From an uncultured Verrucomicrobiae bacterium (GTDB taxonomy: Bacteria; Chlamydiota; Chlamydiia; Chlamydiales; Rhabdochlamydiaceae), in NCBI GenBank assembly GCA_963806855.1, contig CAWDYW010000001.1, forward strand, positions 800,001 through 864,000: DNA of 64,000 nt, in the 5' to 3' direction. The position numbers and the translations under genes are program-made. Every line of letters begins with the position of its first letter. The stretch's first letter is position 1. Shown here one piece after another: positions 1 to 12,236 of this stretch. The notes beneath the pieces are model-generated. The model was not told the DNA's origin and made no database searches. It saw nothing but the letters and a program-made list of their open reading frames with translations.

Positions 1-66
1 TTCTTGTTCAACATGTACGGTTTCTTCAAAGCTATTAGATAACCTGACAATGATTTCTTTTTTCAT
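1..66 (-). CDS. N-terminus of a probable DNA-damage-inducible protein D (DinD-like), running off the window edge
   Basis: ATG at 66 reads MKKEIIVRLSNSFEETVHVEQE, resembling DinD N-termini; only 22 codons visible. Confidence 0.4.
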   Translation of the reverse strand, partial: MKKEIIVRLSNSFEETVHVEQE

Positions 67-129
67 ACATACCTAACCCACTAAAAGTTGTAGAGAGTTT
101 AGAAGATTTTTCAATTTATTAGTAGGTCA

Positions 130-165
130 ATACTCCGCGCCGTCAAAAATTGTGGATTTGGACCG
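130..165. repeat. Degenerate half-copy of the ERIC-like palindrome family
   Basis: atactccgcgccgtcaaaaattgtggatttggaccg resembles the left arm at 23908. Confidence 0.45.
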
Positions 166-242
166 AGCGGGATAAAGATTTTTGGCTGGCCAACCTTAAA
201 GATTTTTGATAGATTGATTTCCATATCGTAGGAGACTGTTTG

Positions 243-662
243 ATGAAGTTCTATATTGCAACATCACTTTCGAGAATGACTGCCCATCATATGGTAAGGG
301 ATGCCCTGAAAAATTGTGGTCATGAGCTGACATATGACTGGACGTTACATGGTAGTGTCAAATCGGTTAGCAAAGAGCGTCTACAAGAAGTGGCGTCACT
401 TGAATTGGATGCTGTTTCGGAGGCCGATTTTGTCGTTGTTCTCCTTCCAGGAGGGAATGGGACTCATCTGGAACTCGGGTTTTCAATCGCAAGGGGAAAA
501 AGAGTCTTCCTTCATACTGAGGACTCCTTAGTTTTTGAGCTTGGACCTCAGACCAATGCATTTTATCATCATCCTGATGTCTTTCGGCTTCATTGCCCTT
601 TGGCTGATGTTGGTGCGACCGTTCATTCGTTACTCGCGCAACCCGCAATGCCCCTATCATAG
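243..662 (+). CDS. Nucleoside 2-deoxyribosyltransferase-like protein
   Basis: KFYIA start, ELDAVSEADFVVVLLPGGNGTHLELG motif; AGGAG RBS upstream. Confidence 0.7.
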   Translation: MKFYIATSLSRMTAHHMVRDALKNCGHELTYDWTLHGSVKSVSKERLQEVASLELDAVSEADFVVVLLPGGNGTHLELGFSIARGKRVFLHTEDSLVFELGPQTNAFYHHPDVFRLHCPLADVGATVHSLLAQPAMPLS

Positions 663-895
663 ACCTCTTGCATAAAGGCTGGATGCATTCAGAACTGAAG
701 GAATAACCATCTCGACTGAAAAATTTTATTTTGATATTCTCTTAGAAGACTGTTAACGGAATTGGTTTCATGTCAATTTTTTTGGGCGTTTTGAGCAAAT
801 TTTCGATTCATTCCAAAGTGCAAAAATTAAGTTTTCTGAGCACTAGTGGTCCGATTTTATAGAGATAGCTCCAGCCTGTTATTATTGGAGGTGTT

Positions 896-1816
896 ATGTC
901 AACAAAAGTAGATGGTACAAGACAGCTGCAAAATCGGGCTGTTTTGGGAATTTCCCTGATGATTTTAGGTCTTGCCCTCTATCCTTTATCCGATGCATTT
1001 ATTAAACATTTGATGGGGACCTATTCTGTACCCCAAGCTTCGTTTTTAAGAGCTTTTACCAGACTGATCCCTTTGCTTTTCACCGCCTATTTCCAAGGGG
1101 GATTTAGGAAAGTCTTAGGAACAAAATATCCTAGCAAACATATCGTTCGCCTTGGCGTTAACTTGATCTATACCCTCTCATTCATGTATGCCTTTTCTGT
1201 TGCCTCTCTGACAACAATCTATACTTTGAGCTACACCTCATCGCTCTTTATGATCATCTTGAGCGCCATCATGCTGAAAGAGTCGGTCACATGGGATCGT
1301 TGGGTAGCTGTGGGAATCGGAATGGTGGGAGTGATCATCGCCATGCGCCCTGGGACAAATGTTTTTGAAATTGCAGCACTTGTTGTACTCGCTGGAACTT
1401 TCTTAGGTGCACTCAATAAGATTTTAATGCGGCGATTGGCTGAGACCGAGCATAGTCTTGCCATTGCCATTTATCCCAATGTGATGATGATACTCGCCAC
1501 AACTCCATTTCTCATTACTACCTGGAAAGCGATGCCTCTGGAGCATTGGGGACTTTTTGCCATTGTCGGCGTCATCACGGCTGCTGGGCAATATTGCATT
1601 GCTCAAGCGCTACGGTTCGCACAAGGGTCGGTCCTAGCCCCAATCGACTACTCCACCTATTTTTGGGTAGTAGCCCTCGATTTGGTTTGGTGGAACAAAA
1701 TGCCAGATCGTTATATGTTTATCGGAGCTGCAGTGATTGTAGGAAGCAATTTGTATATCCTCTATCGCTCGAGAAAGGAAAAGGCTAAGCAGGCATCGGC
1801 GGTAGCCAAAGCGTAA
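896..1816 (+). CDS. DMT/EamA family transporter
   Basis: About 10 hydrophobic segments in two EamA halves (LKESV..RW, APIDY); GGAGG RBS. Confidence 0.9.
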   Translation: MSTKVDGTRQLQNRAVLGISLMILGLALYPLSDAFIKHLMGTYSVPQASFLRAFTRLIPLLFTAYFQGGFRKVLGTKYPSKHIVRLGVNLIYTLSFMYAFSVASLTTIYTLSYTSSLFMIILSAIMLKESVTWDRWVAVGIGMVGVIIAMRPGTNVFEIAALVVLAGTFLGALNKILMRRLAETEHSLAIAIYPNVMMILATTPFLITTWKAMPLEHWGLFAIVGVITAAGQYCIAQALRFAQGSVLAPIDYSTYFWVVALDLVWWNKMPDRYMFIGAAVIVGSNLYILYRSRKEKAKQASAVAKA

Positions 1817-1818
1817 TC

Positions 1819-1845
1819 TATACCCGGTCCGTTTCAAAGGCACCC
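1819..1845. repeat. Short TATACCC-initiated repeat, with an inverted copy at 25905-25930
   Basis: tatacccggtccgtttcaaaggcaccc matches the reverse complement of gggtgcctttgaaacgaacgggtaga. Confidence 0.55.
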
Positions 1846-1872
1846 TAAAGGTAATAAGTAAACAACTGCGCA

Positions 1873-1910
1873 GACTTCGAGGTCAAAAGAAAGCCAAACT
1901 TTTGACTGGA
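1873..1910. repeat. Fragment of the tRNA-Tyr-linked repeat
   Basis: gacttcgaggtcaaaagaaagccaaacttttg matches the unit at 38578-38610. Confidence 0.6.
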
Positions 1911-1963
1911 AAAATTTGCACATCTACGCTAAATTTGAGAGCTTAAAAAAATGCAGGGAAAAG

Positions 1964-2512
1964 ATGATTCTTTCAGACTCAACAATTAAAGATTACATTA
2001 AAGTAGGAAGGATAAAAATATTTCCAGAATTCAGCCTAGCCGATGTTCGCCCTGCAGGTATTCGCCTTCACCTTGGAAGTGAACTTTTGATTCCTATTGA
2101 GGGTCAAACAGTGGATTTAGAATCAAATGAAGATATAAAATTTGAGCGAATTAGTATTTTGACAAACTGTTTTACTTTAAAGCCCGGTCAATTCATTTTA
2201 GGCAGTACTTTTGAAAAATTCCAAGTTCCAAGAAACATAGTATGTCATGTAGATGGACGAAGCACTGTAGCTAGAATTGGATTAGCCATCCATTGCACAT
2301 CAGGTATTATTGATGGCAATTTTGAAGAGGCAAGAACAATTGTATTGGAAATGAAAAATCAAGGACCTTTTGATATAGTGTTGCGACATAGAACTGCATT
2401 AGCTATGCTATCTTTTACCCAACTTTCTACAGATATTGAACAAGCCACACAAAAGCAATATAAAGGTCAAGAAGGTGTAGTTGCACCTAACTTAAGACTA
2501 CAAAAGAAATAA
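1964..2512 (+). CDS. dcd: dCTP deaminase
   Basis: MILSD start, GRSTVARIG, GIIDGNFE and C-terminal YKGQ motifs. Confidence 0.85.
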   Translation: MILSDSTIKDYIKVGRIKIFPEFSLADVRPAGIRLHLGSELLIPIEGQTVDLESNEDIKFERISILTNCFTLKPGQFILGSTFEKFQVPRNIVCHVDGRSTVARIGLAIHCTSGIIDGNFEEARTIVLEMKNQGPFDIVLRHRTALAMLSFTQLSTDIEQATQKQYKGQEGVVAPNLRLQKK

Positions 2513-2695
2513 TTTATCTCGAAACCTACTAAAGTTCAACCTATTGGAGAAATTGGCAAAAAGCAAGAATTGGGATTAGGACAAAATTTTTCTTGCAATC
2601 GCCCTGTTTTTTGAACATAAATAGCGCCTGTAATTTTAGCAAACCCAGGCGATATAATGCCCAAGTAACTTCTTGAAGTCACTTGGGGTATAAGA

Positions 2696-3088
2696 CTACT
2701 TAGTAGCTTCGTGAACTTTATCTTTTGCTTTTTCGGCAACTTCTTTGGTTTTATTTTTTGCTTCAATTGCTTTGTCTTTAACTTTTACAGCAACTTCTTT
2801 GGCTTTATCTTTAGTTTCTATAGCTGCATCTTCTGCTTTCTCAACAACCTCTTTGGCCTTTTCTTTTACTTGATAGGCTGTTTCTTTAGTGGCTACTGCA
2901 AATTCATTAGCCTTTTTTTGAGCAGCATGCTGATTTTCTTCTGCGACATGTTTTGCTTTCTTAGCAGCTGCTTTCTCTTTTTTATGGTTTTCTTTGGTAG
3001 TTTTATGGCTTTTTGCATATCCATCTGCACAGATTCCGCATAAAAGTAAAAGAGTTATTGATAGTATCGTTTTTGTGTTGAATTTCAT
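2696..3088 (-). CDS. Exported low-complexity K/A/E-rich helical-repeat protein (LEA-like)
   Basis: Signal peptide followed by ~11-aa repeats of the KDKAKEVA type; AGGAG RBS. Confidence 0.75.
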   Translation of the reverse strand: MKFNTKTILSITLLLLCGICADGYAKSHKTTKENHKKEKAAAKKAKHVAEENQHAAQKKANEFAVATKETAYQVKEKAKEVVEKAEDAAIETKDKAKEVAVKVKDKAIEAKNKTKEVAEKAKDKVHEATK

Positions 3089-3310
3089 AGAATTTCTCCT
3101 TTTTTTAATCTATGTACATTGTCGATCAGACATTGTCGTATGAATATCAAAAAGATTTCATTCGTTTTTTCGTAAAAGACGCTTTTATTTTGAGCGAAAA
3201 TTTGCTGTTATGCGATCCACCCTATTTAATTTAGTGATTATTTACAATGTTATTATTTCGCGAAATTATTTTTTTTCATAAAAGCTCTATGAAAAAAGGT
3301 GCTCGCGATT

Positions 3311-3357
3311 TATACCACGCCTTGCCCAAAAGTGTGAATTTGATCAATTGCGGTATA
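3311..3357. repeat. Internally deleted ERIC-like palindrome copy
   Basis: tataccacgccttgcccaaaagtgtgaatttg...gcggtata keeps both TATA termini. Confidence 0.65.
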
Positions 3358-3421
3358 ACGATCTTTTTTGTTACTATCCGTCAAGAATTTGCATTCGCAA
3401 AATAGGTAGCGGTACAATTCC

Positions 3422-4500
3422 ATGGCTAGCATTGGTAATGAAGAAAACAAAGCGGTTCTTGCTTTAGAAGATGGCACTCTATTTTATGGACGAACAAACG
3501 GCAGTAAGCGGACTGTTTGTGGTGAGGTCATTTTTAACACCTCCATGACAGGATATCAGGAAATTTGTACTGACCCTTCTTATGCAAACCAAATTGTTCT
3601 CTTTACCACTAGCCATGTTGGAAATGTGGGGGTGAATAGTGAAGATTATGAATCCAGCCAACCATGGGTAAAAGGGATCATTACTCGTGAAATGTCAAAA
3701 ACAAGCAGCAATTGGAGATGTGAGCAAAGTTTTACGAGCTTCTTGAATGAGAATCAAGTGACTTGGATAGAGGGGCTTGATACTCGAAAATTGACGAGGC
3801 ATATAAGAAAAAATGGGACAAAAAATGGCTGCATTATGGTAGGTGAAGTACGACATCGATTTAGCCATTGAGCTTGCTAGGGGGTATATCCCACACTCTG
3901 CCGCAGATTTTGCAATTCCCTCTTCCATTTATAAAAACGATGCCCCGAGGATTATTATCTATGATTTTGGGGTGAAGTCAACTATATTAAGAATGCTATC
4001 ACGCCTGGGTTGTGAGGTTATCGTGATCCCAAGTCATATGTCAGCGGCCGAACTGCTAGCTTATATGCCCGATGGAATCGTCATATCAAATGGGCCTGGA
4101 AACCCTTCTTCGATAGGAGAAAGGATTAAAGAAATACGAGAGTTAGTTTTCAGCGGAGTGCCTGTGCTGGGAATTTGTTTGGGATGTCAGTTAATCGCTA
4201 TTGCTGCGGGAGGAAGTACAAAGAAGATGAAATTTGGGCATCATGGTGCAAATCACCCCGTTTACGATATCGAAAAGAAAAAGGTTTACATTACAAGTCA
4301 AAATCACAATTTTGTGGTTGACGAAACAACTCTTCCTTCTGAGTTTGAGGTTACACATGTCTCTCTTTTGGATGGTTCTGTGCAAGGAATAAGATCAAAA
4401 AACTATCCGGTAATGGGCTTTCAAGGTCATCCTGAAGGAGCTCCCGGGCCCGCAAGATATTGAGGAATTATTTGAAGAGTTTTTAGAAAGATGCCATTAG
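3422..4500 (+). CDS. carA: Carbamoyl-phosphate synthase small subunit (frameshifted)
   Basis: [27 protein letters not shown] and FQGHPE motifs across shifted frames. Confidence 0.9.
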
Positions 4501-7201
4501 ATCGTTCAATTAAGAAGGTATTAGTTATTGGTGCAGGGCCAATTGTGATCGGGCAAGCCTGTGAGTTTGACTATTCGGGAACTCAAGGATGCAAAGCCTT
4601 AAGAGAGGAGGGTTGTAAAGTGATCCTTCTCAATTCGAATCCTGCCACTATCATGACAGATAGCCATGTTGCCGATGTGGTTTACATTGAGCCTATAACG
4701 TCCCGAAATTGTGGAAAAAATCATATCGTCGAGAACGGCCAGATTCTCTTTTGCCTACGATGGGAGGGCAGACGGCTTTAAATTGTGCTCTAGAAATGGC
4801 GAGCCAAGGGATGTTGAAAAAATATGGCGTCAATTTTATCGGACTGAGCTTAGATACCATTGAGAAGGCTGAAAACAGAGAGCTATTTAAAGAAGAGATG
4901 TTGAAAATAGGGATTAGAAGTTCCAATGTCTTTCTCCAATAGATGAAGGAGAGCTTCCTTTTCCCGTTATTGTCCGCTGTTCTTTCACTTTAGGAGGGCA
5001 AGGAGGAGGCATTGCTCATTGCATGGAAGAATTAGAGCAAATCTGTAAGAAGGCTTCCCAATTTCTGATCGAAGAATCGATGATAGGATGGAAAGAATAT
5101 GAACTCGAGGTCATGAGAGATCGGATAGGAAATTGCATTGTCGTTTGTGGAATAGAAAATATGGATCCGATGGGAGTGCATACAGGGGATTCAATCACTG
5201 TAACTCCGATACAGACACTACAGATAAAGAGTATCAGCTGATGAGAAAAAGGGCTTTTCAAATCATGGAAGCCATCGGAATGGTTTCCGGGGGATGCAAT
5301 GTCCAATTTGCAGTAGACCCCAAAACAGGGAGAATGCTTTGCATTGAAGTGAACCCGAGAGTTTCTAGATCTTCGGCCCTCGCCTCAAAAGCAACAGGAT
5401 ATCCTATTGCGAAAATAGCAGCTAAAATTGCTTTCGGATACCATTTAGATGAACTTCGCCGTTTTCCTTTGAACCGGTAATAGATTATGTGGTGACCAAA
5501 ATCCCCCGCTTCAATTTTGAGAAGTTCCCTCAGGCAAATCAGCAGTTAACTACCCATATGAAATCAGTAGGCGAGGTGATGGCCATTGGTAGAACTTTCA
5601 AAGAATCATTTAATAAAGCCATTTCCAGCTTAGACACTGAAAAAGCTTTTCTGCTGAAAAATAATATCACCCGTGGATTCTTGAACCATAATTGGGATGT
5701 CTATGAAGAGGTTTGGTTAACAAAATAGATCCTGGTTTTAGCCAAATGACGACTTGGCAAGAATAGAGGTCTCTCCAAAATGTCGATGTATAGTCAGATG
5801 TACCGCTGGAAACAGATGGGGTTTTCTGATGAAAGCTGCTGCTCTTTTAAACTGTACAGAGAGACAGATCGTTGAAAAGAGAAAAAACTTAAAACTCCGT
5901 CCGGTCTATAAAAGAGTCGATACCTGCAGCGGCGAATTTCCAAATGAAATCGCCTACATGTATTCGACCTATGAAGAGGAGTGTGAAAGCAATCCCACCT
6001 CAAAGAAAAAAATCCTTGTTTTAGGAAGCGGTCCCAATAGAATTGGACAAGGAATAGAATTTGATTATTGCTGCGTCCATGCTGTGAAGGCAATTAGAGA
6101 TTTAGGATATGAATCGATTATTATCAACTGTAATCCAGAAACTGTCTCTACGGATTATGACACTACAGATCGGCTTTATTTTGAGCCATTAACTCTTGAG
6201 CATGTTCGTGAAGTGATCCGATATCGAAAAACCGCTGGGAACAATCATCCAATTTGGCGGACAAACTCCTTTAAACATCGGTAAAGCATTTACATAAGGA
6301 AGGCTTTGCTCTACTTGGGAACTACCTTTTGCTTCAATAGATCTGGCAGAAGATAGGAAAAAATTTCGATTATTTGCCGAGAAGATTGGGATTAAGCAAC
6401 CCCAAAATGAGATTTTTCTCATCTTGGCAAGAGGCTTTGCAGATGGCAAAGAAAATTGGATTTCCCGATGATTCTCCGCCCCTCTTACGTGATCGGAGGA
6501 AATGCTATCCAGATTATACGAGAATGAAAGTGAGCTTAAGGCTACTTGAAAAATGTCATCTGGAGATGTGGCACCTGTGTTAATGGAAGAGTTTTTAGAA
6601 GGGGCCATGGAAGTGGAAGTGGATGCCATCTCGTGATGGAAAAGAGGTGTTTATTTGCGGAATCATTGAGCATGTTGAACCTGCGGGCATTCACTCAGGG
6701 GATTCTATGAGTTTCTTATCTCCTTACCAATTGAATAAAGAGTTCCAGGAGCGCTCTCATGGAGCAAACAAGAACGATCGGCCAATCTCTCAATATTGTA
6801 GGATTATTTAATGTCCAATTCGCGATTCACAAACAACGAAATATTATCTTGGAAGTGAACCCAAGAGCTTCCAGAACGATTCCTTTGCTTTCCAAAACCA
6901 CAGGGCTGCCTCTTGTGCAAATCGCAACGAAATGCCATTCTAGGCCAATCGCTTAAAGAGCAAGGAATAGGCCTAAAGCCGAGCCAAAATTTTTGGGATT
7001 AAAGCTGCCCGTTTTCCCTTTTTCAAGACTGCATATTAAAAATGAGAAATTGGGCCTCAAATGAAATCAACAGGAGAGGTCTTATGCATAGGAAAGACAT
7101 TTAAGGAATTGTTCATGAAAGCCAAGGATCTACAAATGAGAAAATATTTGCAGAGTGATTTAGACAAAACTGCCTTATTCAACCATTTCTTGAATTTATG
7201 A
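4491..7201 (+). CDS. carB: Carbamoyl-phosphate synthase large subunit (many frameshifts; no C-terminal MGS domain)
   Basis: [51 protein letters not shown] and MKSTGEV motifs. Confidence 0.9.
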
Positions 7202-7219
7202 CACCCTTCTGTGAGGCGA

Positions 7220-8371
7220 ATGTGTCTAAATTCATGGAAATCCCTTATACTGCACTATCCACGCTCAATTTGAACAGCTGCTTGATTTGGTTAAAAATGC
7301 TGGTTACAAGTTGCTTGGCCCCACCCTTCGCGATGAGGTCATCATTTATGATGAGCTGCATTCGGCTAAAGATTTGCCGATCGGATGGATGGATGAGCAG
7401 GATCCTGGGCGATACCGTCTGAAACGCCGCAATGACAGCGCCTATTTTGGTTACAATTTAGGACCCCACAGCTGGAAAAAATATCTCTTTCCCCCCAAAG
7501 GAAAAGCTGTGGTCGGCAAAGAAGCAAGAGAACAATAAACTAGTGATCCTTCAAGAAGTATGGCCCACCGGATGAAAAGATGGCATTCATCGGGGTTCGC
7601 GCTTGTGAAATACAGGCAATTGTCGTCCTGGACAAAGTGTTCAACACAAAGCTAGCCGTCTATCAGCAATATCAGAGGCGAAGAGAAAATACGTTTATTA
7701 TGGCGGTCAATTGCACGACTGCTGCCAATACCTGCTTTTGTGCATCGATGCAGTCGGGCCCTGCATGTGAAAGAGGGGTATGATCTCTCTCTTACAGAGG
7801 TGATCGATGAGAGTCAGCACTATTTCTTACTCAGATTGGCTCTGAGAGAGGAAAGGCGATATGCGAGGGTCTACAATTCCGCGCTGCAACAGAGGCTGAG
7901 AGCGATCTCGCTCATGCGCGCATGTGGAGAGGACAATAGAAAAGATGATCCGCAAGGTCGACAACGCACATGTGCATGAAGTGTTACGAGAACAGTTGGG
8001 ATAGCAAACAATGGGACAAGGTGGCAGAGCGCTGCATCAATTGCGCCAACTGCACAATGGCCTGTCCCACCTGTTTTTGTTCAGATACAGAAGATGTTGT
8101 GAGTATTGATGCGACTCATGTAGATCGGTGGCAAAGTTGGGAGTCCTGTTTTAACTTGTCCCATTCCTACATTCATGGAGGAAGCATCAGAAGTTCTGCC
8201 CAATCGCGCTATCGTCAATGGCTTACCCATAAGTTCGGGACATGGTGGGATCAATTTGGGGTTTCGGGCTGTGTGGGCTGCGGCAGGTGCATCACCTGGT
8301 GTCCTGTGGGCATCGATGTGACGGAAGAATTAAAACAATTGCAGATAGAGCATAATGAAAAAAATCGTTGA
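7220..8371 (+). CDS. Group 3b hydrogenase (sulfhydrogenase) Fe-S beta subunit (frameshifted; start approximate)
   Basis: GPHSWKKYLFP, CFC, CINCANCTMACPTCFC and CVGCGRCITWCP motifs. Confidence 0.85.
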
Positions 8372-8820
8372 TATTTTAAGAGAGCATTCTTTTTTCAGGA
8401 ATTATCTCAAGAGCGATTTAGAGTTTATTGCAGGATGCGGAAAGAATGTGGTCTTTGAGGAAAAAGCAGGTGATTGCCAAACCTGGAGATGCTGCAGATG
8501 AATTTTATTTAATCGTCATGGACGGGTGGCATTGATTTTAGAAACTCCGCCGTATAAGCCTTTTATTTTTCAAACGCTCAGTGAAAATGAAATCCTCGGC
8601 TTGTCCTGGTTGATCCCTCCCTATCGATGGACAATTACGGTACAGGCTATACAAACTGTAAGGGCGATTGCGATCGATGGGGCTTGCCTTAGAGAAAAGT
8701 GTGAAAAAGATCCTGCTCTTGGATTTAAATTAATGAAACATCTCGTGCAAGTGCTTGTCAGCCCGTGAAGAGGCTGCCAGACTCCATCTGCTGGATATTT
8801 ATGGTACAAAAAACAGGTAG
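8355..8820 (+). CDS. Cyclic-nucleotide-binding domain protein of the hydrogenase operon (frameshifted)
   Basis: FIAGC, GLSWLIPPYRW, CLREKCE and RLHLLDIYG motifs. Confidence 0.8.
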
Positions 8821-8825
8821 AGCAC

Positions 8826-9637
8826 ATGCTGATCCCTGCGATATATCAAGTCAAGAACCATCACCCATGAGACAGCGGATGTTTTTACTCTCACTCTGAC
8901 CGCAAAAGAAGAGGTGAGCGAATGCCTTTTTACCGGGCCAGTTCAATATGCTTTATCATTTTGGGTATTGGTGAAGTGGCGATTTCGATCTCCGGGGATC
9001 CATCAAATCAAGATCATCTCATCCATACCATACGGGCAGTGGGTTCCGTGACAAACCGATGCAGAAGCTAAAAGCAGGCGATGAAATCGGCGTGCGGGGC
9101 CCTTTTGGATCGCGGTGGCCTCTTTTGAAAAAACAGTGCGATGTTCTTGTGATTGCCGGGGGCATTGGTCTTGCTCCTCTTCGCCCTGCTTTGCTGGATC
9201 TTGCCGCACATAAAGACCAATACCAGAATATCACCCTTTTATATGGAGCGAGAAATCCAAATGATATCATCTATAAAACAGATTTGGAGAACTGGCAGAA
9301 ACAGGGGATCAAAATAGAGATTACAGTGGATCATGCTGATGTGAGCTGGCAAGGCCAAGTGGGCGTCGTGACTTATCTGATCAAAAAAAATATTAAAAAT
9401 CCAAAAAATACCCTTGTGTTCATCTGCGGCCCTGAGATTATGATCAAATTTGCCGTGCAGGAGTTATTTGGAGCTAAGGTAGAGGAAAAACATATTTTCA
9501 TCTCCCTTGAAAGGCATATGCAATGTGCTGTCGGTTTTTGCGGGCGCTGCCAATATGGCCCTTATTTCCTTTGTAAAGATGGTCCTGTATTTTCTTATGA
9601 ACAACTGCGACATTGGCTCATGATCAAGGAGTTGTGA
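8826..9637 (+). CDS. Group 3b hydrogenase FAD/NAD(P)-binding gamma subunit (frameshifted)
   Basis: [19 protein letters not shown] and [11 protein letters not shown]...CKDGP motifs. Confidence 0.88.
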
Positions 9638-10436
9638 TGAACAAACTCGCTATAGTGAAGCCGGAGCTTCCCAAACTGGCTGTATGGAAGTTTGCTTCTT
9701 GCGATGGATGCCAATTATCTCTGCTGGATTGTGAGGATGAGACTTCTCTCTATCACTGAGATACTGCAAATCAGCAACTTTCCTGAAGCCTCTAAGGTAA
9801 AAATCGAGGGCCCTTATGATATTTCTCTTGTCGAGGGGTCGATCTCTACAGAGAAGGATAAAGAGCGTATTCAAGAGGTGCGCAAGCAGTCTAAAGTGCT
9901 TATCACCATAGGAGCTTGCGCGACAGCCGGGGGTATTCAAGCATTGCGCAATTTTGCCAACATCGATGACTATATGCAGGTTGTTTATGCGCGTCCTGAA
10001 TATATCAGCAGCCTGGCTACATCAACGGCAATCTCCCATCATGTGCCATGTTGATTATGAGCTGCAAGGCTGCCCGATCAACAAATACCAGCTGCTTGAA
10101 GTGATCACGAGTTTCATAAGGGGAAAAAGACCTGCAGTCTCGAGCAGCAGCGTTTGCAACGAATGTAAGAGGAAAGGAAATATTTGTGTGACGGTAGCCT
10201 ATGGAATTCCTTGCCTTGGGCCTGTGACTCATGCCGGATGCGGAGCTTTATGCCCTACCTATCGGCGTGGGTGTTATGGCTGTTATGGGCCTAAAGAGAC
10301 GGCAAATCCCCTTGCCCTCACCCGTTGGTGGGAGAAAGAATTGAATACCGAGGCTCAATCGATCAAGCATCTTTTACGCAACTTCAATTGCGCAGCAGAA
10401 GCATTTCAAAAGGCAAGTGAGCATTATGAGCAGTGA
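9637..10436 (+). CDS. Group 3b hydrogenase small (delta) subunit (frameshifted)
   Basis: [24 protein letters not shown] and [15 protein letters not shown]...CYGC motifs. Confidence 0.88.
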
Positions 10437-11768
10437 TGAGATATAAAAAAGCTGAATGTCAAGACAGGGATAAAGTCTCGGACGATACATGTCGATTATC
10501 TGGCCCGCGTTGAAGGTGAGGGGGCGCTCTACATAAAGACAAAAGATCAGAAAGTCGAAGATGTCAAGTTAAAGATATTTGAGCCTCCCCGTTTTTTCGA
10601 AGCGCTTTTAAGAGGGCGCGAGATGTGGGAGGCGCCTGACATCACAGCGCGCATCTGCGGCATCTGCCCTGTGGCTTATCAGATGAGCGCGGTGGGTGCC
10701 ATGGAAAATGCCCTGGGTGTGAGTATTCCCGACTATATCCATCAGCTGCGCAGACTGATGTATTGCGGTGAATGGATAGAGAGCCACACTCTGCATGTCT
10801 AATGCTTCACGCCCCTGATTTTTTAGGTTATCCCGATGCGATAGAGATGTCCAAGGATTATCAAGACGCCCTTAAGAGAGGGCTTAGATTAAAAAAAGCG
10901 GGCAACGAAATCATTCGCCTCCTTGGAGGAAGGGAGATGCATCCTATCAATGTCAAAATCGGAGGGTTTCTATAAGCTGCCGACGAAGGCGCAGATTTAA
11001 GGAGCTTGCAGATCAATTAAAACAGGCGCGCGATGATGCACAAGGAGACAGTCAAATGGGTCAGCCAATTTGACTTTCCCGCATCTCGAAAGACCTTATG
11101 AATGTGTGGCCCTATCCCATCCGAAAGAATATCCGATGACTTCGGGCCGTATCGTGTCAACTTCTGGCCTTAACATTGATGTTGAGGAATATGATCAACA
11201 TTTTGAAGAGCAGCAAGTTCCCTATAGCAACTGCATTGCAGTCCACAATAAAAAGTCAGAGGATCTTATTTAGTCGGCCCTATGGCCCGCTACAATCTCA
11301 ATCAGTAAAAACCTCTCCAAAATCGTCCAAGAAACAATCAAAGAGATTGGATTTGAAAAGGTATGCCGCAATCCATTTAAAAGCATTGTGGTCAGGGCCT
11401 TAGAAGTTCTCTATGCATGTGATGAAGCGCTGAGAATTATCGAAGCCTATGATTGGGAGAAAATGCCTGCTGCCGTAAATGTAGAAAAGAGGGCGGCAGT
11501 GGGATATGGAGCGACTGAAGCTCCGAGAGGTTTGTTATATCATCGCTATGCTCTCAATGAAAAAGGGGTGATCGAAAATGCCAAGATCGTTCCTCCCACC
11601 TCTCAAAATCAGAAGAGCATTGAAGAGGACTTATGTGATTTTGTGAGCCGGAATATGTCAATGCCGGATCAAGAACTTGTATGGAAATGCGAGCAGGCTA
11701 TTCGCAACTATGATCCCTGCATCTCTTGTTCTGCGCATTTCTTGAAACTGGAGCGGATCCATGGCTGA
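10426..11768 (+). CDS. Group 3b [NiFe]-hydrogenase large (alpha) subunit (frameshifted)
   Basis: ARVEGEG, L1 motif [15 protein letters not shown] and L2 motif [12 protein letters not shown]. Confidence 0.9.
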
Positions 11769-12236
11769 CATGATCATTGTAGGCATTGGCAACCCTATAG
11801 AGGCGATGATGCGGCAGGATGGGCGGTCATCGATGGACTGAAGGAAACAATGGGTTCTGCCATCAAGCTGGTGAAGCAACGAGGGGATATCGCTGAATTG
11901 ATCGATATCTTCGCCCATTATAAAAGCGTCTATTTAGTCGATGCTTGCCGCTGCAGCGAGCCTTGCTGGGACCTGGCAGCGCATCGATGTGCATCAAGCA
12001 GCCGATCCCGGAAGAAAATCCTCAGACCTCGACACATGGCTTTAGCGTTAGCCAGGCCATTTCCTTGGCAAAAAATTTAGACCAACTCCCAAATAAGCTG
12101 ATCCTCTATGCGATCAATGGGGACAACTATAGCATCAGCGATGCGCTCTCTCCATCTGTTGCCAGAGAGTATTGATAGTGTAATAAAGGCGATTTTAAAC
12201 GAAGAGGACATTCATTCATGCATGAACACAGCCTAA
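11761..12236 (+). CDS. Hydrogenase maturation protease (frameshifted)
   Basis: GIGNP..DDAAGW, LVDA and STHGF motifs. Confidence 0.8.

Noticed and set aside
660..675. AGACCTCTTGCA resembling Rickettsia palindromic element ends (also near 54745)
   Set aside because: Only ~12-16 bp with no partner arm; may be chance
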